A DNA stretch of 64,000 nt, taken from the NCBI GenBank assembly GCA_028696075.1, contig JAQVHS010000001.1, positions 194,408 through 258,407 on the forward strand, read 5' to 3'. This DNA is from Candidatus Gastranaerophilales bacterium. Lineage in GTDB: Bacteria > Cyanobacteriota > Vampirovibrionia > Gastranaerophilales > JAILCC01. Shown here piece after piece: positions 36,171 to 45,542 of this stretch. Below the pieces are notes generated by a model. That model searched no databases, had not been told where the DNA came from, and saw nothing but the letters and a program-made list of their open reading frames with translations. The position numbers and the translations under genes are program-made. The stretch's first letter is position 1; each line of letters starts with the position of its first letter.

Positions 36171-37289
36171 TTACACCTTAGAAGAACAAGCTGCTATAGC
36201 TTCTTTTACCGTATTTACAACCATTTGCTGCTGCTCAAACGTAAGCTCTGCAAACATAGGCAGCGACATAACTTTTTTGGTCTTTTCTTCTGTCACAGGT
36301 AAATCGCCTTCTTTACCGCCCAGATAGGCATGTACTTTTTGCAGGTGAAGAGGAACAGGATAATAAATCATCGCTCCGACACCATGGTCTTGTAAATATT
36401 TATGGACAGCATCTCTGTTTTCTACCTGTATTGTATATTGATGATAAACACAGTATGTATCGTCTAATTCTTTTGGAGTTACTACTCCTTCTGCGTCTTT
36501 TAAAAGTTCATTGTAGCGATAAGCATTTTCCCTGCGTTTTTTATTCCATTCTTCAATGTAAGGTAATTTTACTCGCAAAATTCCTGCCTGAACTTCATCT
36601 AAACGGCTGTTAACGCCGATTTCATCGTGATAATATCTGACAGCTCCGCCATGGTTTCTCAAAGCAATCATTCTGTCCGCCAAAAAATCGCTGTTTGTTG
36701 TTGCCATACCGCCATCTCCGCAAGCTCCGAGGTTTTTGGTCGGGAAGAAACTGAAACAGTTAATATCACCGAAAGAACCGACTTTTTGACCTTTATACTC
36801 GGCTCCTATTGCCTGGCAGCAATCTTCTATTACATAAAGGTTATAACGTTTTGCTACGTCCATGATTACATCCATATCACAAGGCTGACCGTAAAGGTGG
36901 ACAGGAATAACGGCTTTGGTTTTGGAGGTGATTTTGCTTTCCAACAAAGCAGCGTCAAGGTTAAATGTATCACCGTCAATATCAATAAAAACAGGTGTTG
37001 CGCCTACTATACCTATGGCTTCTGTTGTTGCTACAAAAGTAAACGCTACTGTGATAACTTCATCTCCCGGTCCTACATCAAGCGCACGAAGCGCCAAATG
37101 CAGCGCATCCGTTCCCGAATTTAACGCAACCGCTCTTTTTACCCCGCAAAAATCCGCTATTTCCTGTTCTAATCCCTTGTTGTGCTTGCCTAAGATATAT
37201 TGCCCCGATTTTAAAACTTCTAAAACTGTTTTTTCAACATCTGCCTGTATTTGAGCATATTGTTTTGTTAAATCCAAGATAGGTATCAT
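36171..37289 (-). CDS. DegT/DnrJ/EryC1/StrS-family sugar aminotransferase
   Basis: ATG 37289 (MIPILDLTKQY) preceded by GGAGAGAAAGAA; the track ORF extends 51 codons further upstream without family similarity. FSFFPTKNLGACGDGG PLP-lysine motif. Confidence 0.85.
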   Translation of the reverse strand: MIPILDLTKQYAQIQADVEKTVLEVLKSGQYILGKHNKGLEQEIADFCGVKRAVALNSGTDALHLALRALDVGPGDEVITVAFTFVATTEAIGIVGATPVFIDIDGDTFNLDAALLESKITSKTKAVIPVHLYGQPCDMDVIMDVAKRYNLYVIEDCCQAIGAEYKGQKVGSFGDINCFSFFPTKNLGACGDGGMATTNSDFLADRMIALRNHGGAVRYYHDEIGVNSRLDEVQAGILRVKLPYIEEWNKKRRENAYRYNELLKDAEGVVTPKELDDTYCVYHQYTIQVENRDAVHKYLQDHGVGAMIYYPVPLHLQKVHAYLGGKEGDLPVTEEKTKKVMSLPMFAELTFEQQQMVVNTVKEAIAACSSKV

Positions 37290-37442
37290 TTCTTTCTCTC
37301 CATTTTTTGTCTCATGAAATGATTTTAGCACATTAATTTTAGCGGGGTGAAACTCTTTATATATTCTTAAGACACCGTTTGGAAAAGTTTTGCAAGCACG
37401 GACGGAAGTTTGGGAGTTATTAAGGGTATCCTGTTTTACCAA

Positions 37443-37486
37443 TAAAAAAGAAGCCGCTAAATTACTTTTTAGTCAGCTTCTTTTTG
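37443..37486 (-). terminator. rho-independent terminator after fabF
   Basis: Minus strand reads AAAAAGAAGCTGAC-(loop)-GCGGCTTCTTTTTT. Confidence 0.6.
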
Positions 37487-37506
37487 ATAGTTGATTTTAT
37501 AAGAAC

Positions 37507-38772
37507 TTAATCTTTATACTTTTTAAAGATTAACGATGCATTATGTCCGCCAAAACCAAATGAATTAGACATTGTTACGTTCAAGTCATCTGTTTTTTGT
37601 GCAACATTAGGCACTAAATTAATACCGGCAGGAATAGCTTCATCACGATTTTCCAAATTAATGGTAGGAGGGACTAAATTTTCCTGCATGGCTTTTATAC
37701 ACACAATAGCTTCGGCTCCGCCCGACGCACCCAAAAGATGTCCATGAATGCTTTTTGTAGAGCTGACAAACAAACTGCCGTTTGTTACATAATCACCAAA
37801 AACCTTGCATAAAGCTTTAATTTCGGCAACATCGCCAACAGAAGTACTTGTTCCGTGGGTGTTAACATAATTAACATCCTCAGGTTTTATCCCTGCTGTT
37901 CTTATAGCGTTTTTCATAGCCAAAGCCGCCCCGTCGCCTTCAGGATGCGGGGCAACAATATCGTAAGCATCGGCAGAAGCGCCGTAACCTATGATTTCGC
38001 AGTAGATTTTTGCACCTCTTTTTTTAGCATGTTCAAGCTCTTCCAGCATTAATAAACAAGCGCCTTCCGACATAACAAACCCGTCCCTGTCTTTGTCGTA
38101 AGGACGACTGGCTTTTTCAGGTTCATCGTTTCTGGTAGAAAGTGTTCTTGCACTTGTAAACCCGCCCATTCCGAGATTTGTAATAGCAGCTTCTGTTCCG
38201 CCTGCAATCATAATATCGGCATCATCATATTGAATAGCTCTGAAAGCATCTCCTATGGAATTTGCCGCTGTTGCACAAGCAGTAACAACAGCTTTATTAG
38301 GACCTTTGGCATTGTGGGCAATGGATATTCTACCGGCCGCTATATCGACAATCATCATTGGAACAGTAAAAGGACTGCATTTTGCAGGACCTCTGTTTAT
38401 AATCAAATGGTGATTTTTTTCAATAGTTTCCATACCTCCGGCAGCGCTGCCCACGAACACGCCAAATCGTTCAGGATTGACATTATCGGCTGTTATGCCT
38501 GCGTCGTTGCATACTTCATCAGCAGCAACCATAGCAAGCTGCGTAAATCTGTCCATCCTTTTTGCTTCTTTGGGGTCCATATATTGAGCCGCATTAAAGT
38601 CGGTAAATTCTCCGGCTATTTTAACAGGGTGGTTAGTTGCGTCAATTATACTAATGTTTTTAATGCCGCTTTTGCCTTGTTTTACATTATCCCAAAACAA
38701 GTCCGCACCAACACCGTAAGGAGTAACAGCACCAACGCCTGTTATAACAACTCTTCTTGGTTTGCAAGTCAT
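37507..38772 (-). CDS. fabF: 3-oxoacyl-ACP synthase II
   Basis: Active-site TACATAANSIGDA. HGTSTSVGD and GHLLGASG His motifs. C-terminal SNSFGFGGHNASL. Confidence 0.95.
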   Translation of the reverse strand: MTCKPRRVVITGVGAVTPYGVGADLFWDNVKQGKSGIKNISIIDATNHPVKIAGEFTDFNAAQYMDPKEAKRMDRFTQLAMVAADEVCNDAGITADNVNPERFGVFVGSAAGGMETIEKNHHLIINRGPAKCSPFTVPMMIVDIAAGRISIAHNAKGPNKAVVTACATAANSIGDAFRAIQYDDADIMIAGGTEAAITNLGMGGFTSARTLSTRNDEPEKASRPYDKDRDGFVMSEGACLLMLEELEHAKKRGAKIYCEIIGYGASADAYDIVAPHPEGDGAALAMKNAIRTAGIKPEDVNYVNTHGTSTSVGDVAEIKALCKVFGDYVTNGSLFVSSTKSIHGHLLGASGGAEAIVCIKAMQENLVPPTINLENRDEAIPAGINLVPNVAQKTDDLNVTMSNSFGFGGHNASLIFKKYKD

Positions 38773-38796
38773 TATTAAGTTCCTATTTTAATCTTT

Positions 38797-39030
38797 TTAC
38801 GAGTGGCTTTCGATGTAGTCTACAGCGTCTTTAACTGTTTGAATTTTTTCTGCATCTTCATCAGGAATTTCGCATCCGAATTCTTCTTCAAATGCCATTA
38901 CAAGTTCAACGGTATCCAAAGAATCCGCTCCTAAATCAGCTGTAAAACTTGCTGATTCAACTACTTGTGATTCATCAACGCTTAGTTGTTCCACTACAAC
39001 TTTTTTTACTCTTTCTAAAGTGTTACTCAT
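38797..39030 (-). CDS. acpP: acyl carrier protein
   Basis: 77 aa with the [19 protein letters not shown] phosphopantetheine-attachment motif. Confidence 0.95.
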   Translation of the reverse strand: MSNTLERVKKVVVEQLSVDESQVVESASFTADLGADSLDTVELVMAFEEEFGCEIPDEDAEKIQTVKDAVDYIESHS

Positions 39031-39147
39031 TTTAATTTCCTCTTAATTTTATACTAATAACATATAATCATATTTTTTTATTTAATTACAAAAATGCAAA
39101 TTATGCAAATTTGTAAATATACCTGCAAAAACGGCATAAACAGAGCG

Positions 39148-39876
39148 CTAAATCACCAAACCGCCGTCTACGCCTAATATCTGACCTGTAATATAAGGTG
39201 CATCCGCAACAAAAAATTTAACGGCTTTTGCTATATCGGAAGGCAAACCAAGTTTTTTAAGGGGAATAGCTTCAGCTATTTTTTCACCGTCAAGATTTTT
39301 TGTCATATCGGTTTGGATAAATCCCGGGGCAATGGCATTAACCCTGATATTTCTTGCGGCAAGTTCTTTTGCAAGTGATTTTGTAAACCCTATTAACCCT
39401 GCTTTTGCTGCAGAATAATTAGCCTGCCCGGCATTGCCGTAAACTCCGGAAACACTTGCCATATTGATGATAACACCTTCTCTTTGTTTCATCATGATTT
39501 TTGCAACCGGTTTTGTTACATAAAATGCGCTGCTTAAATTTACATTTATAACCTGTTCCCATTCTTCGTCAGACATCCTGATAAGCAGATTATCGCGTGT
39601 AATTCCGGCATTGTTGACCAAAACATCAATTCTGCCAAATTCGTTCATAATATTGTCTATACCGGTTTTAACTTCTTCTTTATTACTCACGTCGAATTGC
39701 ACGGCCGCTGCGCTGACGCCGAATGCCCGGAGTTCTTTGAGAGTTTCTTCTACGGCGGAAGCATTGGAAGCATAGTTAACAACTATATCAAACCCGGCTT
39801 TTGCAAGTTCTAATGCACAAGCTTTGCCTATTCCGCGCGAACCTCCCGTTATAAGGGCTAATTTATTCTCGCTCAT
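39148..39876 (-). CDS. fabG: 3-oxoacyl-ACP reductase
   Basis: TGGSRGIGKA, NNAGI and YSAAKAG SDR motifs. Located in the fab operon context. Confidence 0.9.
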   Translation of the reverse strand: MSENKLALITGGSRGIGKACALELAKAGFDIVVNYASNASAVEETLKELRAFGVSAAAVQFDVSNKEEVKTGIDNIMNEFGRIDVLVNNAGITRDNLLIRMSDEEWEQVINVNLSSAFYVTKPVAKIMMKQREGVIINMASVSGVYGNAGQANYSAAKAGLIGFTKSLAKELAARNIRVNAIAPGFIQTDMTKNLDGEKIAEAIPLKKLGLPSDIAKAVKFFVADAPYITGQILGVDGGLVI

Positions 39877-39948
39877 AATTTTCTCCCGAATTTGTACCTT
39901 TGTTAATTATATTATAAAAATACGTCTATTGCACAAATCTGAAAAAAT

Positions 39949-40593
39949 TTAAGCGCCGCAAGAAATACTAAGTACTATAATATCTTTAAAACCTTGTTTT
40001 TTAAGGCTTGTTACTATTTCAGAAACGGTTGTGCCTGTTGTTACAATATCATCAATTAAAATGATTTTTTTCCCGGCTTCGTTTTGAAAATTTACCTTAA
40101 AGGCATTATTAAGCGCTTTTTTTCTTTCCGTTATATGCAGTTTGTACATCGGCGGAGTATCTTTTACACGGGTTATAAGATTATTGTTTACCTGAAGGTT
40201 GGTTTTGCGTGCAAATTCATTTGCAACAAGTTCCATGTGATTATATTTCCTTTTTTTAAAACGGTGAGGATGGATAGGAACAAAACAAACTTCATAATTT
40301 TCTACGGGAATTTTTAACTGTTCAACCAAAGAACGGAGCATTTCGGCAAGTATAGGGGCAAATTCTCTTTTTTTATGGTACTTGATAGCCCGTATAATTT
40401 TTTTAATCTCATCTCTGTAAGCAGCTGCATAATAAATATTTATGCCTTGCTTTTTCAAGCTGCCAAAAGACAGATTTTGAATAACTTTATCTTTACAATC
40501 GGGGCAAATAATATCACAGGAAAACGTTTTCGCACAAGTATAACATTTCCTTTTATAAATATAGGCAAGAAGCTTTGTAAAAAAATTAATCAT
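39949..40593 (-). CDS. comF: ComF-family protein (phosphoribosyltransferase domain)
   Basis: ATG 40593 (MINFFTKLL). N-terminal CxxC...CPDC zinc finger. C-terminal PRTase motif ILIDDIVTTGTT. Confidence 0.75.
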   Translation of the reverse strand: MINFFTKLLAYIYKRKCYTCAKTFSCDIICPDCKDKVIQNLSFGSLKKQGINIYYAAAYRDEIKKIIRAIKYHKKREFAPILAEMLRSLVEQLKIPVENYEVCFVPIHPHRFKKRKYNHMELVANEFARKTNLQVNNNLITRVKDTPPMYKLHITERKKALNNAFKVNFQNEAGKKIILIDDIVTTGTTVSEIVTSLKKQGFKDIIVLSISCGA

Positions 40594-40654
40594 AATTGTT
40601 AATAATTTATATAACTGATAGAATATATTTAACCACAATTTATGAGGATATAAA

Positions 40655-42016
40655 ATGCACATAATTATAATGCTTCTTTTAATAAGCGTATTGATTTTAG
40701 TTCATGAAGCAGGTCATTTTTTTGCCGCAAGAATATTCGGCATAAAAGTGGACAGAGTAGGCTTCGGGCTTCCTATAGGACCTACGTTATTTGAAAAAAA
40801 AATAGGTGATATTACATACTGTATACATGCATTTTTAATGGGCGGATATGTAGGGTTTCCTGATGATAACCCCGAAAGCGAAATCCCGAAAGACGACCCC
40901 GACAGGATTTCCAATCGTCCTGCTTGGCAAAAAATCATTGTTATTTCAGCAGGTGTTACGGCAAACGTCATTATAGCTTATCTATTGGTAATGTCAGTAG
41001 CGTTTTTTGCAGGTGAACTACCGAGCGGGCAATACAAAATCCTCGCAGGCGAAACCGTGGCTAATTCGGCAGCAAGGCAAACAGGTATACAGAAAGGCGA
41101 CCAAATTATTTCTGTTAACGGTATTGACGTTACAAACCCCATGATTTTTATTGAAACAATCCGAAGAAGCAAACCGGCAGACGGTTTTGTGCAGCAACAA
41201 GATATTGAAGCACAAGTTAAAAACATCATGAAGGCTAATCCTGAAATTACAAATGAAAATGCTCCCCTTACTCTGGGTATGGAAATAAAAGTGCCAAAAG
41301 CAAGGTCAGAAGCACCTGTTATGCTGCCGCAGGATTTTTATCTCAGAACACAAAAAAAACCTGACGGTATAGCACTTTCTCACAAACATAAAGATTTAAG
41401 AGATGAAATAGCCCAAACAGACAAAATATATGCTAACGGCGAATACAGCGTTTATGATATAGCTCTTGCCAGCGCAGACACTTTTCATCCCATTAAAATA
41501 ACCGTTAAACGTGATAAAAGACTTGTAAAACTTAAAGAAGTATATCCGAATAAAGACGGTATCCTGGGCATTAATTTGCAAATAGGAGAAATGTTTAAAC
41601 CCGTGGATTCTTTTAAAAGCTTGATGAAAATGTCCAATGATTATATTGTAAGAAACACTATTTTAATGGTAGACGGGCTGGTAAAATTAATTATAGGCAA
41701 AGTATCTGCCGACAATCTACATGGCATTGTTGCCATTGTAAAGCTTGGCGGTGACACTATTAAAAATAACGGGATTTTTGACGGTATTCTTTTAACGGCA
41801 TTAATAAGTATTGACCTTGCCATTATTAATTTATTGCCTATTCCTGCATTAGACGGCGGTCATATTATGTTTATTATTATAGAAAAAATTATAGGCAGAC
41901 CTTTAAATGAAGAGGTTATAGAAAATATTTCCAAAATCTTTTTCTTGCTGCTGCTCGGCTTGATGGTGGTTATAATCGTCAATGATGTCTTTGCCCTTAT
42001 AATGAAGAAATTCTAG
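40655..42016 (+). CDS. rseP: RIP metalloprotease RseP (site-2 protease, M50)
   Basis: HEAGHFFAA zinc motif, internal PDZ-like region and C-terminal NLLPIPALDGGH motif. Confidence 0.9.
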   Translation: MHIIIMLLLISVLILVHEAGHFFAARIFGIKVDRVGFGLPIGPTLFEKKIGDITYCIHAFLMGGYVGFPDDNPESEIPKDDPDRISNRPAWQKIIVISAGVTANVIIAYLLVMSVAFFAGELPSGQYKILAGETVANSAARQTGIQKGDQIISVNGIDVTNPMIFIETIRRSKPADGFVQQQDIEAQVKNIMKANPEITNENAPLTLGMEIKVPKARSEAPVMLPQDFYLRTQKKPDGIALSHKHKDLRDEIAQTDKIYANGEYSVYDIALASADTFHPIKITVKRDKRLVKLKEVYPNKDGILGINLQIGEMFKPVDSFKSLMKMSNDYIVRNTILMVDGLVKLIIGKVSADNLHGIVAIVKLGGDTIKNNGIFDGILLTALISIDLAIINLLPIPALDGGHIMFIIIEKIIGRPLNEEVIENISKIFFLLLLGLMVVIIVNDVFALIMKKF

Positions 42017-42032
42017 CAAAAATCAGCTTAAT

Positions 42033-42089
42033 GGTTGAAGAGGTGAAGAGGTGAAAAGCTTAAGGAAGCTCGGCAGCTGGGAAGCTGAG
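42033..42089 (+). repeat. copy of the modular intergenic repeat family
   Basis: ggttgaagaggtgaagaggtgaaaagcttaaggaagctcggcagctgggaagctgag, starting 17 nt after the rseP stop. Confidence 0.7.
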
Positions 42090-42129
42090 TTTATGTAGGT
42101 TAGGTTTTAACCCAACTTACTTGGTAGCG

Positions 42130-43269
42130 CTATTTACGTGCTTTTTTTCCGGTTTCTCTTTCTTTTTCCAAGGTGCGTTTCACATTATCCAAAGAGATTT
42201 TCAACAACATTTTTCTGTTTTTGCCGTCAAAAAACACAAACCATAACTTTTGTTTGGGGTTTTCAATATTAAAAGAAATTTTTCCTGCCATGCGTGAATT
42301 AGGCGATAATTTTTTAAACCACAAATCCGTATCGCTAAACGGAGAAGCATGAAAAACAGCCTTCGTGTCATTCATCAAAGCCATATCAAATGTAGACAGC
42401 TGCCTGTCTGTTTTATTAACTATACTAAGTGTCAGTGTAATAGTATTCGGTTCACCGAAGGGGTCTTTTTCATAAGTAATATTTGTAATTCGTACATCTA
42501 AATTCTCATTAAAAAATTCATTATCCAAAAGCGCTGATTCTTTCATGACCCTTAATTTTGTTTTTTCGGTAAGTTTAACATTAATCTCATCACCTTGTGC
42601 AAGCAACACCTCATTGCCTTTTTTGCTCATAGCAACGGCAAGTCCGACAGCACCGCCCACACCTGCTCCGCCGATAACCGTATAGCCCTGACTTGCTACA
42701 GCCGCAGGAAGTCCGAACATTTGCAATGCCAGTAATCCGCCCAACGCGCCTCCGCCTAGAGTATAGCCGGCATGAGTAGCCGTAACCTTAGCCGCATTGG
42801 CAACAGGATTTCTTTTAGTGGTCATTCTAGCTTCTATCGGAATTTCTCTGCCGTCAGGAGTTACAATATAGTCAAAATTAAGCGTCACATTGGCATCACG
42901 GCTAAAACGCTTGGAATTCACAATCTCGATAATTGTGCCGTGGGCAACGCTTCCTGCCGGAACTACAACCCCGTCCTCGGTTTTGATTTCATTTGTAATC
43001 TGGGCAAAAAATTCATCGCCTCTGACGTTATTTTCGGTATTAATAATGTTGGCGACAACCATTTTAACCACTGTTCCTTTGTCTAAAACCGTGGTTTTAT
43101 CGGTTAAAATCTCACTGTCTTCTTTAAACTCATCGTTAATTTGAGCATAACCGCGAAAAACATAGCCATTTTCACCCATTTTAGGGGCTTCCGCACTATA
43201 AGACACAGTACCTGCAAAAAGGCTTATAACAAGAGCTGCTGCCGCTAATATATTTAAAGGCTTTCTCAT
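42130..43269 (-). CDS. secreted hypothetical protein with glycine-zipper segment
   Basis: Signal peptide MRKPLNILAAAALVISLFAGTVSYSA. Central GGGALGGLLALQMFGLPAAV..GGAGVGGAVGLAVA. Beta-rich C-terminal domain. No family assigned. Confidence 0.55.
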   Translation of the reverse strand: MRKPLNILAAAALVISLFAGTVSYSAEAPKMGENGYVFRGYAQINDEFKEDSEILTDKTTVLDKGTVVKMVVANIINTENNVRGDEFFAQITNEIKTEDGVVVPAGSVAHGTIIEIVNSKRFSRDANVTLNFDYIVTPDGREIPIEARMTTKRNPVANAAKVTATHAGYTLGGGALGGLLALQMFGLPAAVASQGYTVIGGAGVGGAVGLAVAMSKKGNEVLLAQGDEINVKLTEKTKLRVMKESALLDNEFFNENLDVRITNITYEKDPFGEPNTITLTLSIVNKTDRQLSTFDMALMNDTKAVFHASPFSDTDLWFKKLSPNSRMAGKISFNIENPKQKLWFVFFDGKNRKMLLKISLDNVKRTLEKERETGKKARK

Positions 43270-43351
43270 TTCTTCCCCAAGTACTTTATTCCATACTAAT
43301 ATAATATATTATTTTAGACAAATTTTCATCAATCAGGTGATTTAGGAATTG

Positions 43352-43750
43352 TTAATCTTTGGTATTCAATACAAACCCTTTTGGCAAAAGTTCTTTAATC
43401 GTAGTAGTGCAATATCCGTCTTTTGTTTCAAATATAAGCTCCGCATCCGGGCTAAACTCATAAATCCACTGCCTGCAAGCGCCGCAAGGCGGGCAATCAA
43501 GCATATTTTCCGCAACTATTGCAATGGCAACAAGTTTAGCTTTTTCACCTGCGGCAACTGCCGTAGAAATGGCGTTACGCTCTGCACAAAGACTTAACCC
43601 GTAGCTGGCATTTTCAACATTACAACCCGTATACATATTTCCGTTTTCAAACAAAACGCAAGCCCCGACAGGAAAATTTGAATAAGGAGCGTAAGCGTTT
43701 TTGCTTACTTCCTTTGCTTTTGCCAGTAACTCGTCATAATTTATTTTCAT
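43352..43750 (-). CDS. cdd: cytidine deaminase
   Basis: CAERNAI and CPPCGACRQ zinc-binding motifs. 132 aa. Confidence 0.9.
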   Translation of the reverse strand: MKINYDELLAKAKEVSKNAYAPYSNFPVGACVLFENGNMYTGCNVENASYGLSLCAERNAISTAVAAGEKAKLVAIAIVAENMLDCPPCGACRQWIYEFSPDAELIFETKDGYCTTTIKELLPKGFVLNTKD

Positions 43751-43753
43751 AAA

Positions 43754-45376
43754 TTATCCTTTTTTCTTAAGTACATTGTCAGAAGCGGCTTTTACCAAGC
43801 CGTAGAAAAGCGGATGGGGTCTTTCCGGTCTTGATTTAAACTCCGGATGGAACTGGCAGCCTACAAACCAGTCATGTTCGGGTAACTCTACCATTTCAAC
43901 AAGGTTTTTGTTAGGCGACATGCCGGCAAAAACCAACCCTGCTTTTTTAAATTGTTCTATGTATTTGTTATTTACTTCGTACCTGTGGCGATGACGTTCC
44001 GAAATAACATTGCTGCCGTAAACAGCATTGGCTTTGGAGCCTTTTTTGAGGTGGCATTCGTATTTGCCTAACCGCATGGTACCGCCGTAGCCTTCTACAA
44101 ATTTTTGCTCTTCCATAAGGTCAATGACGGGATTGGTGGTACTCTCATCAAATTCCTTGCTGTTAGCGTCTTTTAGCCCGCAAACGTTTCTTGCATATTC
44201 AATCACCATACATTGCATACCAAGGCAGATGCCTAAAAACGGCACGTTGTTTTCCCTGCAATATCTGACAACGTTGATTTTGCCTTCTATCCCCCTTATG
44301 CCAAATCCGCCCGGAACTATCACACCGTCCAATCCCGCCAAAGCTTCTTTTGCTTTTTCCATATCAAGCAAATCCTCGGAGGATACCCATTGTAAATCGA
44401 CATTTGCAAGGTTTGCAAACCCTGCATGTTTAATGGATTCAACAACGGAAATATAAGCGTCGGACAGCTTTGTATATTTACCGGCAATCGCAATTTTTAC
44501 GGTATGGGTAGGGTTTTTCACTTTTTCCAAAAGCTCGTTCCATTCGGTTAAATCAGGCTCCCTGTCCTCCATCCCAAGTCTTTTGATAACCTGAGTGGCA
44601 AGTCCTTGTTTTTCAAGCATAACAGGTACTTCGTAAAGATATTTTGCATCTTTGCATTCAATAACAGCCTCAGGGTCAACATTTGTAAACAGAGCCAGTT
44701 TATCCCTTTCTGTTTTAGGGATAGATTTTTGGGTTCTGCAAACCAAAATATCAGGCTGAATACCCTGACTTCTTAACGTCATAACGCTGTGTTGCGAGGG
44801 TTTTGTTTTAAGTTCGCCTGCAACGTTAATAAAAGGAAGCAGGGTTACATGGATAAACAAAGCGTTTTGGAACCCTGCGCTAAATCTGAACTGCCTTATA
44901 GCCTCAATAAAGGGCAAGCCTTCGATATCGCCGACAGTGCCGCCTATTTCGCAGATTACAAAGTCGGTTTTTTTGCCGGATGTGGCTGCCTGTTTAATTC
45001 TTGATTTAATTTCATCCGTAATATGGGGAACGGTTTGTACGGTTCCGCCAAGATAATCGCCGCGGCGTTCTTTATTAATAACATTCAGATAAACGCTGCC
45101 TGATGTAACGCTGTTTGCTTTACTCAATGTTACATCGGTAAATCTCTCATAGTGTCCCAGGTCTAAATCCGTTTCAGCTCCGTCATCGGTTATGAAAACT
45201 TCGCCATGTTGAAAAGGACTCATAGTCCCGGGGTCAACGTTAATATAAGGGTCAAATTTTTGGATAGTAACAGAATATCCTCTTGCTTTTAACAATTTAC
45301 CTAAAGAAGCCGCTACAATCCCTTTGCCTAAAGAACTTACTACTCCGCCCGTTACAAATATATATTTAGTTGTCAT
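43754..45376 (-). CDS. pyrG: CTP synthase
   Basis: [18 protein letters not shown]-terminus and GICLGMQ glutamine amidotransferase Cys motif. 540 aa. Confidence 0.95.
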   Translation of the reverse strand: MTTKYIFVTGGVVSSLGKGIVAASLGKLLKARGYSVTIQKFDPYINVDPGTMSPFQHGEVFITDDGAETDLDLGHYERFTDVTLSKANSVTSGSVYLNVINKERRGDYLGGTVQTVPHITDEIKSRIKQAATSGKKTDFVICEIGGTVGDIEGLPFIEAIRQFRFSAGFQNALFIHVTLLPFINVAGELKTKPSQHSVMTLRSQGIQPDILVCRTQKSIPKTERDKLALFTNVDPEAVIECKDAKYLYEVPVMLEKQGLATQVIKRLGMEDREPDLTEWNELLEKVKNPTHTVKIAIAGKYTKLSDAYISVVESIKHAGFANLANVDLQWVSSEDLLDMEKAKEALAGLDGVIVPGGFGIRGIEGKINVVRYCRENNVPFLGICLGMQCMVIEYARNVCGLKDANSKEFDESTTNPVIDLMEEQKFVEGYGGTMRLGKYECHLKKGSKANAVYGSNVISERHRHRYEVNNKYIEQFKKAGLVFAGMSPNKNLVEMVELPEHDWFVGCQFHPEFKSRPERPHPLFYGLVKAASDNVLKKKG

Positions 45377-45542
45377 CTCTCACCCTTTTTAAAATATCAA
45401 TATCCTTTCATTATATTTCAAATCAACAAAAAATTCAGAATGTAAATTTATTTTTACCGCAGGTTATATGACTATTATAAATCTTTTACCGACAGACGAT
45501 GTATGATATTATATTCTTAAAACAACAATCAGGCAGGCAAAA

